From contig JAFVOQ010000061.1 in assembly GCA_017505785.1 (NCBI GenBank), positions 62-64,061 of the forward strand: a stretch of DNA of 64,000 nucleotides. Direction: 5' to 3'. Positions 30,030-38,302 of this stretch are shown here, in pieces. A program made the translations under genes and the position numbers. The notes beneath the pieces are model-generated. The model saw nothing but the letters and a program-made list of their open reading frames with translations, had not been told where the DNA came from and ran no database searches. This DNA is from Clostridia bacterium (GTDB lineage: Bacteria > Bacillota > Clostridia > Oscillospirales > CAG-272). Within the stretch, counting starts at the first letter, position 1. Every line of letters begins with the position of its first letter.

Positions 30030-30044
30030 CAAGCGCCTCCTTAA

Positions 30045-30073
30045 GAATAAGAACTGCAAAAATGCACATACTG
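30045..30073 (+). promoter_or_regulatory. sigmaG/sigmaF-type promoter
   Basis: GAATA (30045-49)-17-CATACTG (30067-73). Confidence 0.5.
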
Positions 30074-30103
30074 ATACTATCCCTTGAAAGGAGAGTATGT
30101 AAA

Positions 30104-30283
30104 ATGGAAAAAAATGATAAGTGCTGCGAAAGCATCAATCAGGGTATTACCTGCGATGTAAGAAATTGCCAATATCACCAGGGGGACTGCCATTGCACGG
30201 CGGAAAAGATCGCTGTTGGCCCCAGCTTTGCAACCTCAAGCACTGATACGGTATGCGCCACATTTAAGCCAAAAAAGGACTGA
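30104..30283 (+). CDS. DUF1540-type small Cys-rich protein
   Basis: CDVRNCQYH...CTAEKIAVG...TVCATF pattern; AAGGAG RBS. Confidence 0.85.
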   Translation: MEKNDKCCESINQGITCDVRNCQYHQGDCHCTAEKIAVGPSFATSSTDTVCATFKPKKD

Positions 30284-30296
30284 TTTTGTTAAATCT

Positions 30297-30329
30297 CAGG
30301 AGTTGCTTGGTTACAAGCAACTCCTTTTG
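30297..30329. terminator. bidirectional terminator (DUF1540/thrC)
   Basis: aggagttgcttg/caagcaactcct stem followed by tttt. Confidence 0.75.
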
Positions 30330-30340
30330 GTTTTGTCACC

Positions 30341-31825
30341 TTATTCGGCAAGATATGCAAGCATAGCGTTTTGCATATCTGCAGCTTCAACCACGTTGGT
30401 AAAGCGAACCGTTCTCTCACCGATGCCGCGCAGCGGATAGGTGATCTCTACGCCGGTTTTTTCGGAAAGCTGATCGAGGGCAGCCAAAGGCGATTTGGGT
30501 TCTTCGCCGTAAAGAGAGGTGTATACGTCCGATGCAAACTTGTAGGGGCTTGCGGTAGATGCTACAACCATAGGCTTATTGTCGCCTGTTTCATTTACGT
30601 ATTGCTCAGCGGCGCTGACAGCAACAGAGGTGTGCGTGTCAATGAGATAGCCGTATTGATCCATGGTATCGCGAATGGTAGCGGTGGTAGCGGCCTCATC
30701 TGCAAAATATCCGCAAAAATGATCGGCAATAGCGTTCTTGGTATCACCGTCAACCGTATAAGCACCTGTTTTTGCAAGCGATTTCATATACTCAGCGGTC
30801 TTTTCTGCCCCCGCCACAAAGTACAGCAGACGCTCAAGATTGCTGGAAATGAGAATATCCATAGAGGGCGACATTGTAAGATAAAAATCGCGGTTTCTAT
30901 CATACGTACCGGTTTTAAGAAAATCGGTTAAAATATTGTTTTTGTTGGAAGCGCAGATAAGGCGGTCAATGGGCAGCCCCATAAGCTTGGCAAGATATGC
31001 CGCAAAAATATTACCGAAATTTCCTGTGGGAACAGTTACGTTGATCTTGTCACCGTACTTGATCTCGCCCGAAGAAAGCAAATCACAGTATGCAGAAACG
31101 TAATATACGATCTGCGGTGCAAGACGTCCCCAGTTTATCGAGTTGGCAGAGGAGAGGAAATAGCCCTGCTTGTCAAGCTCCTCTGAAACCTTGGCATCGG
31201 AAAAGATCTTCTTTACACCTGTTTGTGCATCATCAAAGTTGCCCTTGATCGCCGTTACGTTGACATTCGAACCGGTTTGCGTTTGCATTTGCAGCTTTTG
31301 CACAGTGCTTACACCGTCAACAGGATAAAATACCATCATTTTAATGCGGTCGATATCCTTATAGCCCTCAAGAGCAGCCTTACCCGTATCGCCCGAGGTT
31401 GCAACCAAAATCAGAGCCGTGCGCTCCTCACCGGTTTTCACAAGTGCGCGTGACAAAAGACGCGGCATGATCTGCAAGGCCATATCCTTAAAGGCAGCTG
31501 TGGGACCGTGCCAAAGCTCCATAATGTGCATGGTATCGTTTAGCTTGTGAAGGGGTGCTGCACCGCCCACAAAGGAGGTGGGAGCGTAAGCAGCCTTGCA
31601 ATCGGCAAGCAATTCTTCAGCAGTGTAATCGGTCAAAAACTTACCGAGAACGGTTGCGGCACGTGCAGGATAATCCATAGCGCACAGCGCCTCGATATCG
31701 GCCTTAGTCAGCGCGGGTATACTTTCGGGAACAAACAAGCCGCCGTCTTGGGCAAGTCCTTGCTTAATAACCTGCGCCGCAGAAAGCTTTGCGGCAGCGG
31801 CATCGCGGGTGCTTTGAAATTTCAT
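30341..31825 (-). CDS. thrC: threonine synthase
   Basis: ELWHGPTAAFKD (PLP lysine), ATSGDTG, SANSINWGRL, VPTGNFGN, SPSMDILISSNLER. Confidence 0.97.
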   Translation of the reverse strand: MKFQSTRDAAAAKLSAAQVIKQGLAQDGGLFVPESIPALTKADIEALCAMDYPARAATVLGKFLTDYTAEELLADCKAAYAPTSFVGGAAPLHKLNDTMHIMELWHGPTAAFKDMALQIMPRLLSRALVKTGEERTALILVATSGDTGKAALEGYKDIDRIKMMVFYPVDGVSTVQKLQMQTQTGSNVNVTAIKGNFDDAQTGVKKIFSDAKVSEELDKQGYFLSSANSINWGRLAPQIVYYVSAYCDLLSSGEIKYGDKINVTVPTGNFGNIFAAYLAKLMGLPIDRLICASNKNNILTDFLKTGTYDRNRDFYLTMSPSMDILISSNLERLLYFVAGAEKTAEYMKSLAKTGAYTVDGDTKNAIADHFCGYFADEAATTATIRDTMDQYGYLIDTHTSVAVSAAEQYVNETGDNKPMVVASTASPYKFASDVYTSLYGEEPKSPLAALDQLSEKTGVEITYPLRGIGERTVRFTNVVEAADMQNAMLAYLAE

Positions 31826-31861
31826 GTTTGGGAACTCCTTTATGTAATAATATCCAAAATT

Positions 31862-32266
31862 TTATCTGCGTATATTGCCGTTTGCGGAAAAAGCATCCAT
31901 GATATGATTGATCTTCACGGGGCGCAATTTCTTTGCGCGGTCAAGATAAACCTCAATCACATCAAAGCGTGGGCAAAGCGCAGTTTTGTTTTCATTCAAA
32001 TAGGCAATGGCGGCCTTGGCGGTACGTAGTCGCTTTTCACGGTCAACAGCCTCGGCGGGACGGTAGGGGAGAGTATCTTCGCCCTCCACACTGCGTGCCT
32101 TTACCTCAACAAATACAATATATTGCTTATTCTTTACTACCAGATCAAGCTCATTTCTGCCAAAATGTCGGTTTCGCGCTACTGTGCGGTAGCCTTTGCG
32201 CCTTAAAAATTTGGCGGCTGCACGCTCTCCTTTACGACCGACCTGGCGGCTTGTATAGATTTTCAT
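31862..32266 (-). CDS. yraN: YraN/UPF0102 family nuclease-like protein
   Basis: GRKGERAAAKFL, RN..ELDLV, FVEVKAR, RFDVIEV; ATG at 32266 just after the rnhB stop. Confidence 0.9.
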   Translation of the reverse strand: MKIYTSRQVGRKGERAAAKFLRRKGYRTVARNRHFGRNELDLVVKNKQYIVFVEVKARSVEGEDTLPYRPAEAVDREKRLRTAKAAIAYLNENKTALCPRFDVIEVYLDRAKKLRPVKINHIMDAFSANGNIRR

Positions 32267-32267
32267 T

Positions 32268-32870
32268 TCAATCCTTATCCAAAAAACGAATGAATTTGGT
32301 ACGGTAGATCTCACAAGGACCGTATTTGCGCAGTGCATCCATGTGCGCCTTTGTGCCGTAGCCCTTATGCTTTGCAATGCCGTATTCAGGGTGTGCCGCA
32401 TCAAGCTCAAGGCAAAGCCTGTCACGCGTAACCTTTGCAAGAATAGAAGCAGCGGCAATGCTGGGTGATACTGCATCACCGTGTACTACGGCGCGGCAGG
32501 GAATGGTAAAGCCTCGTGTTTGATTGCCGTCGATCAGTGCAAAATCCGCCTTTACCTGTAACCCCTCAATGGCGCGACGCATGGCGTGCAGGGTTGTGGA
32601 AAGAATATCTGTTTCGTTGATCTCCTCCACACTGCCAAGCACCACACAGTAAGCAATTGCCTTTTCGCAAATTTCATCAAAAAGCTGTTCGCGTTTTTTT
32701 TCGGAAAGCTTTTTTGAGTCATTCAGCCCCTCTATTACAATACCCGTCGGCAAGATACAGGCGGCTGCCGCAACGGGACCGCACAAGGGTCCTCGTCCGG
32801 CTTCATCAACGCCGCAAATCGCGGTATATCCCTCGTTTTCAAGTGCGGCCTCTAATTCGTAAGTCAGCAT
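32268..32870 (-). CDS. rnhB: ribonuclease HII
   Basis: GVDEAGRGPL, LNDSKKL, IDGN, IAAASILAK, HKGYGT. Confidence 0.97.
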   Translation of the reverse strand: MLTYELEAALENEGYTAICGVDEAGRGPLCGPVAAAACILPTGIVIEGLNDSKKLSEKKREQLFDEICEKAIAYCVVLGSVEEINETDILSTTLHAMRRAIEGLQVKADFALIDGNQTRGFTIPCRAVVHGDAVSPSIAAASILAKVTRDRLCLELDAAHPEYGIAKHKGYGTKAHMDALRKYGPCEIYRTKFIRFLDKD

Positions 32871-32872
32871 AA

Positions 32873-33748
32873 TCAAACTCCCTTGGGTGGCTGATCAAGC
32901 GTGATACGCCCAATCTTTGCTGCGCGAAATTCATCAAGCAGTGTGTTGGCGGTTCGCTCGGTATTGATCTGACCGCCGCTGATGAGAAAACCGCGTTTTT
33001 TACCAATCGCCTCAAATAATTCGTAGTCGGAAAGATCACCTACAACGGTATCGGTATCCAGTTTATACCGTTCAGCAAGCAGGGCAGGGTAACGATAGCG
33101 CAGCTTGTGGCAAAGTGCAACCGCAAGCGTTTCAATTTCCACAACATCATCCTTGATCGCGCCGGTAATAGCAAGATTTTCGCCGATTTCACGGTCATCG
33201 AAGCGCGGCCAAAGCACGCCGGGCATATCCATGAGGTCAAGCCCCTCCTTCGTCGTGACCCATTGAGGAGTGAGCGTGACACCGGGACGATTTTCCACCT
33301 TTGCCTTTTTTGTGCCGCCAAGCAGATTGATCAGTGAGGATTTTCCCACATTGGGAATACCCACCACCATGGCACGCAGCTTTCGGCCATGCATTCCTTT
33401 TTGCTCGTAACGTGCAATTTTATCGGCAAGCACACTTCTCACAGCGGGGATCAAGCGATCAACCCCCCGTTTGCCAATGCAATCAAAAGGAATACAAATA
33501 TGCCCCTCACCCGTATAATGCTTCACCCATTTTTCGGTTTCGGCAGGATCGGCAAGCATAGATTTATTTAGCAGGGTAATCAAGGGCTTGCCCTCGGTCA
33601 AGCGCGTAATTTCGGGGTTTCTTGAGCTGCTCGGAATACGCGCATCCAAAAGCTCAATCACAATATCTACGTTTTTCAGGTTTTCTCCGATCAAGCGGCG
33701 TGTTTTCGCCATGTGGCCGGGAAACCACTGTATAATGTCGGTTGGCAT
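32873..33748 (-). CDS. rbgA: ribosome biogenesis GTPase RbgA/YlqF
   Basis: QWFPGHMAK, LDARIP, NKSML, GIPNVGKSS, DMPGVLWP. Confidence 0.96.
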   Translation of the reverse strand: MPTDIIQWFPGHMAKTRRLIGENLKNVDIVIELLDARIPSSSRNPEITRLTEGKPLITLLNKSMLADPAETEKWVKHYTGEGHICIPFDCIGKRGVDRLIPAVRSVLADKIARYEQKGMHGRKLRAMVVGIPNVGKSSLINLLGGTKKAKVENRPGVTLTPQWVTTKEGLDLMDMPGVLWPRFDDREIGENLAITGAIKDDVVEIETLAVALCHKLRYRYPALLAERYKLDTDTVVGDLSDYELFEAIGKKRGFLISGGQINTERTANTLLDEFRAAKIGRITLDQPPKGV

Positions 33749-33759
33749 AAAAAATCACC

Positions 33760-34362
33760 TCATTTAAATACAGTAAACGGAGAAAGACGGAGCAGTGCCT
33801 TTCCAAGCACACAGTTTTCATTCACCATACCAATGTGCGGATTGCGACTGTCTGCCGAATTGTTGCGATTGTCACCCATAACAAACAAGTGGTTCTCGGG
33901 TACGGCAAAAATTTCGGCAGGTTCCTCTACTTTTGCTTCTTTAAATATGCCGATATCGTAATACGCATACATGCTTTCATCTAACAGCTCGTCATCGCTG
34001 AAGGTATCGTCATCTGAAACATATACCGATTTTTGCATGTAGTCAATCTTCACATATTGACCCTCGGTGGCAATTACACGTTTCACAATCGGCTTATTAT
34101 AATATTCCACATCCGAATCTGACAAATGAAAAACTATAATATCACCGGTTTCGGGGGTATAGAAAAAGTCAGAAATAAGCAACTGCTCACCGTGCTTTAG
34201 GGTATTGTTCATAGAAGGACCGTCAACCTCACAAAGCCTGACGCAAAAGGTCATCAAAACGATTACAAAGATCACGGCAAACACAAACACTTCAACATAT
34301 TCGATCAAGTTTGCCGCAAAGCTTTGGGGATTTTGCTGCTTGGAGTTCAAGTTTTTTGTCAT
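33760..34362 (-). CDS. lepB: signal peptidase I
   Basis: VDGPSMNNT (Ser), IVKRVIA (Lys), GDNRNNSADSR. Confidence 0.95.
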   Translation of the reverse strand: MTKNLNSKQQNPQSFAANLIEYVEVFVFAVIFVIVLMTFCVRLCEVDGPSMNNTLKHGEQLLISDFFYTPETGDIIVFHLSDSDVEYYNKPIVKRVIATEGQYVKIDYMQKSVYVSDDDTFSDDELLDESMYAYYDIGIFKEAKVEEPAEIFAVPENHLFVMGDNRNNSADSRNPHIGMVNENCVLGKALLRLSPFTVFK

Positions 34363-34383
34363 GTTGATCTCCTTTGTGGATTG

Positions 34384-35598
34384 TTAATTACCGGTCAAAA
34401 TTTCCATTAAGCGATAGCCGTTTTCCAAATAGTTGTGTTTGGCGGCAGCGGTTTCCTCATTAAAGGTTGCAACGCCGTCAAGCACCGCATCAGAAGAATA
34501 GATAAAGAAGGGAACAGGATCAATGGTGTGCGTGCGCAAATGAATGGGGGTGGGGTGATCGGGCAAAAGCATGACCTTAAACTCCTCTGCGCTTTGGCGA
34601 AGATACTGCAGCACAGGCGAAAGGATCTCGGCATCGATACGCTCGATCGAGGTCACCTTATTTTCCAGCTCGGCACGGTGACCGCATTCATCAGGTCCCT
34701 CAACATGTACATAAACAAGCTCATAGCCCTCACGGAATGCATTGATCGCCGCATCAGCCTTGCCCTTGTAATTGGTGTGCACATTGCCCGTAGCACCCTC
34801 AACATCAATTGAGCGCATGCCGGCGCAAAGTCCAATACCCTTGATCAAATCAACAGCCGAAATCACAGCACCGCGCAAATTCCACTTTTCGCCAAAGGAG
34901 GGAAGCTGTGGCTTTTTACCGGGGCTCCAAAACCAAGCGGAATTTGCCGGCTTCAGTCCACGGGCACGGCGCGCCTCATTTATCGGATGATGATTAAGGA
35001 CCTCAAAGCTTTCCTTCATGATATGATAAAATTCCGCACCGCCGTCATCCACGCGAGGCAAATACTCCCCAATACGGCGACCGAGAATATCATGAGGACG
35101 CATAAATTTATAGCTATCATCACCGTTTTTACGAATCAAGCAATGTCTGTAGCTGACACCCGTATAAAAATGGCGCTCCTCGTTACCAAAGTGCTCTTGC
35201 AATGCTTTGATCAGCTCGTCAGCCTCTTCGGTTGAAATTTCATCGGCACTGTGGTCAAGAATGATTTTATCCTCATACGCTTCACCCTCATCGGAAAGCG
35301 TGACGACATTGCAACGATAAGCGGTTTCATCGGGCTGCATTTCAATGCCCATGCTAACAGCCTCAAGGGGAGAGCGACCCTTTGAAAAAATTTTAGGATC
35401 GTAGGAAAGAATAGCCAAATTGGCTGTGTCACTTTCAGGAACCATACCTGCGGGCACATTGGAAACAGTACCTACCAAGGCTACTTTGGCAAGCGCATCC
35501 ATGCAAGGCTTGCTTGCTTTTTGCATGGGGGTCATGCCGCCAAGTGCCTCAATGGGCTCATCTGCCATACCGTCGGGAATTAAAACAAGATATTTCAT
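34384..35598 (-). CDS. apgM: ApgM-like cofactor-independent phosphoglycerate mutase / proposed homoserine kinase family
   Basis: KYLVLIPDGMAD, PESDTANL, SAVDLIKGIG, HVEGPDECGH, LPDHPTP, THT..PVPF. Confidence 0.88.
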   Translation of the reverse strand: MKYLVLIPDGMADEPIEALGGMTPMQKASKPCMDALAKVALVGTVSNVPAGMVPESDTANLAILSYDPKIFSKGRSPLEAVSMGIEMQPDETAYRCNVVTLSDEGEAYEDKIILDHSADEISTEEADELIKALQEHFGNEERHFYTGVSYRHCLIRKNGDDSYKFMRPHDILGRRIGEYLPRVDDGGAEFYHIMKESFEVLNHHPINEARRARGLKPANSAWFWSPGKKPQLPSFGEKWNLRGAVISAVDLIKGIGLCAGMRSIDVEGATGNVHTNYKGKADAAINAFREGYELVYVHVEGPDECGHRAELENKVTSIERIDAEILSPVLQYLRQSAEEFKVMLLPDHPTPIHLRTHTIDPVPFFIYSSDAVLDGVATFNEETAAAKHNYLENGYRLMEILTGN

Positions 35599-35718
35599 GA
35601 TCAACCTCTATCATGCGCACATGCGCATTTAAATATTTATAATGTAATATTATAACATAAAAAAATACAAAGAGCAACACCGAAATGCAGTTATTTTCAA
35701 AAAATATTAGATTGACAA

Positions 35719-35750
35719 TAAAAAAACGCCGCATTAAGCGGCGTTTTTTT
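35719..35750 (-). terminator. terminator after the flavodoxin-like gene
   Basis: aaaaaacgccgc-5-gcggcgtttttt. Confidence 0.75.
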
Positions 35751-36174
35751 ATTGAAGATTATCAACAATACGATGCGTAAAGGCAAGAAGCGACTCTTTT
35801 TCCTCGGGCTTTACCTTGTCAAGGAAGGAAAGGAAGCCGCATTTTACATAATAAACCTCATCGGCAACATTGGTGCCGGCTTCGCCGAGAATAGCCTTCA
35901 TTCTGTTAGCAGCAGCCTCGTTACCGTCAATCACCAATGCAACATTCTGTGCACGCGCCTTGGTCAGCTCGCGGCAGAACAAACGCAGTTGATCTTCGGG
36001 CTCGCCCTTAAGAGAAAGCATTAAAATAACCAAACGCTCATTGTTGCAGGAATATGCGGGGGGAATTTTATCGACCGCATTGATCGCAAGATCATATTCC
36101 TTTTTTACAATATCAGCCATAGTGGCGATTTTGCTTTTATTCGACGCGTAAAGCACACGCATTTTGATAGCCAT
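35749..36174 (-). CDS. flavodoxin-like fold hypothetical protein
   Basis: 'RVLYAS' first strand and alternating beta/alpha pattern; GGAGG RBS; canonical S/T-x-TGNT FMN loop absent. Confidence 0.6.
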   Translation of the reverse strand: MAIKMRVLYASNKSKIATMADIVKKEYDLAINAVDKIPPAYSCNNERLVILMLSLKGEPEDQLRLFCRELTKARAQNVALVIDGNEAAANRMKAILGEAGTNVADEVYYVKCGFLSFLDKVKPEEKESLLAFTHRIVDNLQ

Positions 36175-36335
36175 AATTAACCTCCAAATCAGCAATATGT
36201 TATAGTAAAAATTTGCTTTTATTTAGTATAACATATAAACTATAAAATCGCAAATATTTTTGTGAGAATTGCAAAAAAATCGTAACATTCTACAGTTTAA
36301 AAGCTTGTTTTTTGTTAAATATTTACGATTTTTAG

Positions 36336-36683
36336 CACTTGCTTTATTCTATTCTGATTGTTGATTTGTCAACAACAAAAGAAGAGTTTAAAACATTGAT
36401 TTTTAAACTTGAAAACGCGATACAATTATATGATTTGAAAAATAAATTGTTTTAATGAAGTTATGCTATTGTTAATAATCAAACGGATCTTTTAAATCCT
36501 ACTCAAAAAAATTAAATAAACGCTTTTCAAAAATCATTAAAAATTTTAGAGCGTTGCGGAATAGTGTATTACAAAGAAGAAAATTTTTATTATGAGATTT
36601 CCATAAATCAAAAACAAATTTTTAATGAATTGCATTTTGCAGGACTCACAGTTTTAAAGAATAATTTTTTAATGAAAAAGTGA
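36336..36683 (+). pseudogene. possible decayed AT-rich ORF remnant
   Basis: 116-codon frame interrupted by stops at 36453, 36456 and 36513; last segment INAFQKSLKILERCGIVYYKEENFYYEI looks protein-like. Confidence 0.3.
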
Positions 36684-36857
36684 TCGACTCCGTACGGCTC
36701 TAAGATAACCTTTAATATTTCAAATTTTTTATCGCCATTTCAAAGATAATAAATAAAGGTAAACAAAGGCTGAATTAACGGCTCAGAAAAGCGCACAGAC
36801 CTTCAAAACAACGAAAAAAAGGAAAAACCCCTTATTTTCATGCTTTTTCCATCCCCT

Positions 36858-36889
36858 TTTTTATACAAAATTTGTCTTTTGTATAAAAA
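36858..36889. repeat. perfect 13-6-13 inverted repeat
   Basis: tttttatacaaaa-tttgtc-ttttgtataaaaa. Confidence 0.85.
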
Positions 36890-37012
36890 TAGGTGTTAAA
36901 AAATATAACGGCGTTTGGAGAACTGTATTTCGTTTCCCTTTTGGTAACTGTAGAAATCGCTTTATTTTTCTTGCGATCTTCTGTGATGTTTAAAACCATT
37001 TTGTGTCAGCGA

Positions 37013-37297
37013 TCAGATTTGATTTTTGTTTTTTAATTCTTTTTTGTATTTTTTTCGTGTTGCCTCACCGCCGCGCAAGTGGCGCTCATCCTTGTTTTGC
37101 TGTAAAACCTTATACACCTCAAGATAAAGCGCCGCATTGATACCGCGCAGATCTGTGGTAACATCTTTATGCACCGTACTTTTGCTAATGCCAAAATGTG
37201 CAGAGGCAACACGAACGGTACATTTGTTTTCTACAATATAATTTCCCAACAGCTCACAGCGTGTGGGATACAGCGGATCAATTTTATGCATGATCAT
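37013..37297 (-). CDS. spoIIID: sporulation transcription regulator SpoIIID
   Basis: YIVENKCTVR..A..FGISKSTVHKDVT..L and RHLRGGEATRKKY. Confidence 0.95.
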   Translation of the reverse strand: MIMHKIDPLYPTRCELLGNYIVENKCTVRVASAHFGISKSTVHKDVTTDLRGINAALYLEVYKVLQQNKDERHLRGGEATRKKYKKELKNKNQI

Positions 37298-37355
37298 TCT
37301 CTTCTCTGTTGAAATTTTGTCGGATTTCTGCTATACTGTATTTGTTGCGCTACTC

Positions 37356-37385
37356 TACACTATGCAAATCCTTGCGGCAAAAGAA
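37356..37385 (-). promoter_or_regulatory. sigmaE-like promoter of spoIIID
   Basis: TTCTTTT-14-CATAGTGTA on the minus strand; spoIIID is sigmaE-dependent in studied species. Confidence 0.4.
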
Positions 37386-37401
37386 CAAAGGAGCTTGATT
37401 T

Positions 37402-38175
37402 ATGATAAAAGAGGAAGTAAGATTTGAAAATTCTACGGTCATGGAGGGCATGACCTCTATTTCTTCTCTCTTAGCAGCACGTGCAGCGGGAGTCAACGAC
37501 CGCGAGATCACCGAAATTCGCTACGATCGTGCAAAAAAAGAAAAGAAGGCTCGCGAGCTTTCTTTTCTTGCGAAAAAATGTGCGGAGCTTGATATCAAAT
37601 TGGTGGAAACAACCGCACAAGAAATTGATAAAATCTCTGTTGGCAATACACACGGCGGCATTGTGGCTATTTGCGGCAAACGAACGCTTCCCCCTTTAAG
37701 CGCGGAAAATATCCCTCAAAACGGTTTTTTGTGCTTACTTGAAGGCATTGAGGATCCTTATAATTTCGGGTATGCCGTGCGCTCGCTTTTCGCCGCAGGC
37801 TGTGATGCTATTCTATTGGGAGAACGGAATTGGATGAGTGCTGCGGGCGTTGTAGCACGTGCTTCGGCTGGTGCTTCGGAGGCACTCCCCGTTTTTAGCG
37901 GCAATATTGAGGACAGTATAAAAACGGCAAAATCGCTTGGGTACCGCGTGGTATGTGCGGGCATTCGAGATGCCGTATCATACACGGATGCCGATCTCAA
38001 AAAGCCCCTGCTTTTGGTTGTGGGCGGAGAAAAACGTGGCATTTCTGCGGCGGTGGCAGCACTATCGGATACTACGGTTCGTATCGATTACGGGCGCACA
38101 TTTCGCGGATCGCTTTCCGCGGCCTCGGCAGCAACCGTGCTGGGATTTGAAATTTTGCGTCAAAACCGAAATTAG
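37402..38175 (+). CDS. SpoU/TrmH family RNA methyltransferase
   Basis: HGGIVA, LEGIEDPYNFG..VRS, VVGGEKRGIS, SLSAASAA. Confidence 0.9.
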   Translation: MIKEEVRFENSTVMEGMTSISSLLAARAAGVNDREITEIRYDRAKKEKKARELSFLAKKCAELDIKLVETTAQEIDKISVGNTHGGIVAICGKRTLPPLSAENIPQNGFLCLLEGIEDPYNFGYAVRSLFAAGCDAILLGERNWMSAAGVVARASAGASEALPVFSGNIEDSIKTAKSLGYRVVCAGIRDAVSYTDADLKKPLLLVVGGEKRGISAAVAALSDTTVRIDYGRTFRGSLSAASAATVLGFEILRQNRN

Positions 38176-38240
38176 GTCTTATATTATGTAATCTTGTGTC
38201 ATATATTATCATTTTTTGCACTAAAATTTTCTTTTTGGTG

Positions 38241-38269
38241 TTGAAAGCATCAAAAAATTTTGTTATAAT
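38241..38269 (+). promoter_or_regulatory. sigmaA promoter of purA
   Basis: TTGAAA-17-TATAAT. Confidence 0.65.
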
Positions 38270-38302
38270 ATAATATGGTAAAAAATTAGGGAGGTAGCAT
38301 TT

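Noticed and set aside
35613-35628. atgcgcacatgcgcat palindrome in the apgM leader
   Set aside because: Single short site with no match to an operator I can name; insufficient support.
36680-36701. tcgactccgtacggctc resembling a tRNA 3' end (possible att site)
   Set aside because: Short, gapped similarity with no tRNA or integrase nearby; could be chance.
36839-37000. 53-aa minus ORF (MVLNITEDRKK...) downstream of spoIIID
   Set aside because: No RBS or motif; expected by chance in AT-rich DNA.
36196-37012. oriC candidate (AT-rich, DnaA-like boxes)
   Set aside because: Only two imperfect boxes and no dnaA/dnaN neighbourhood.
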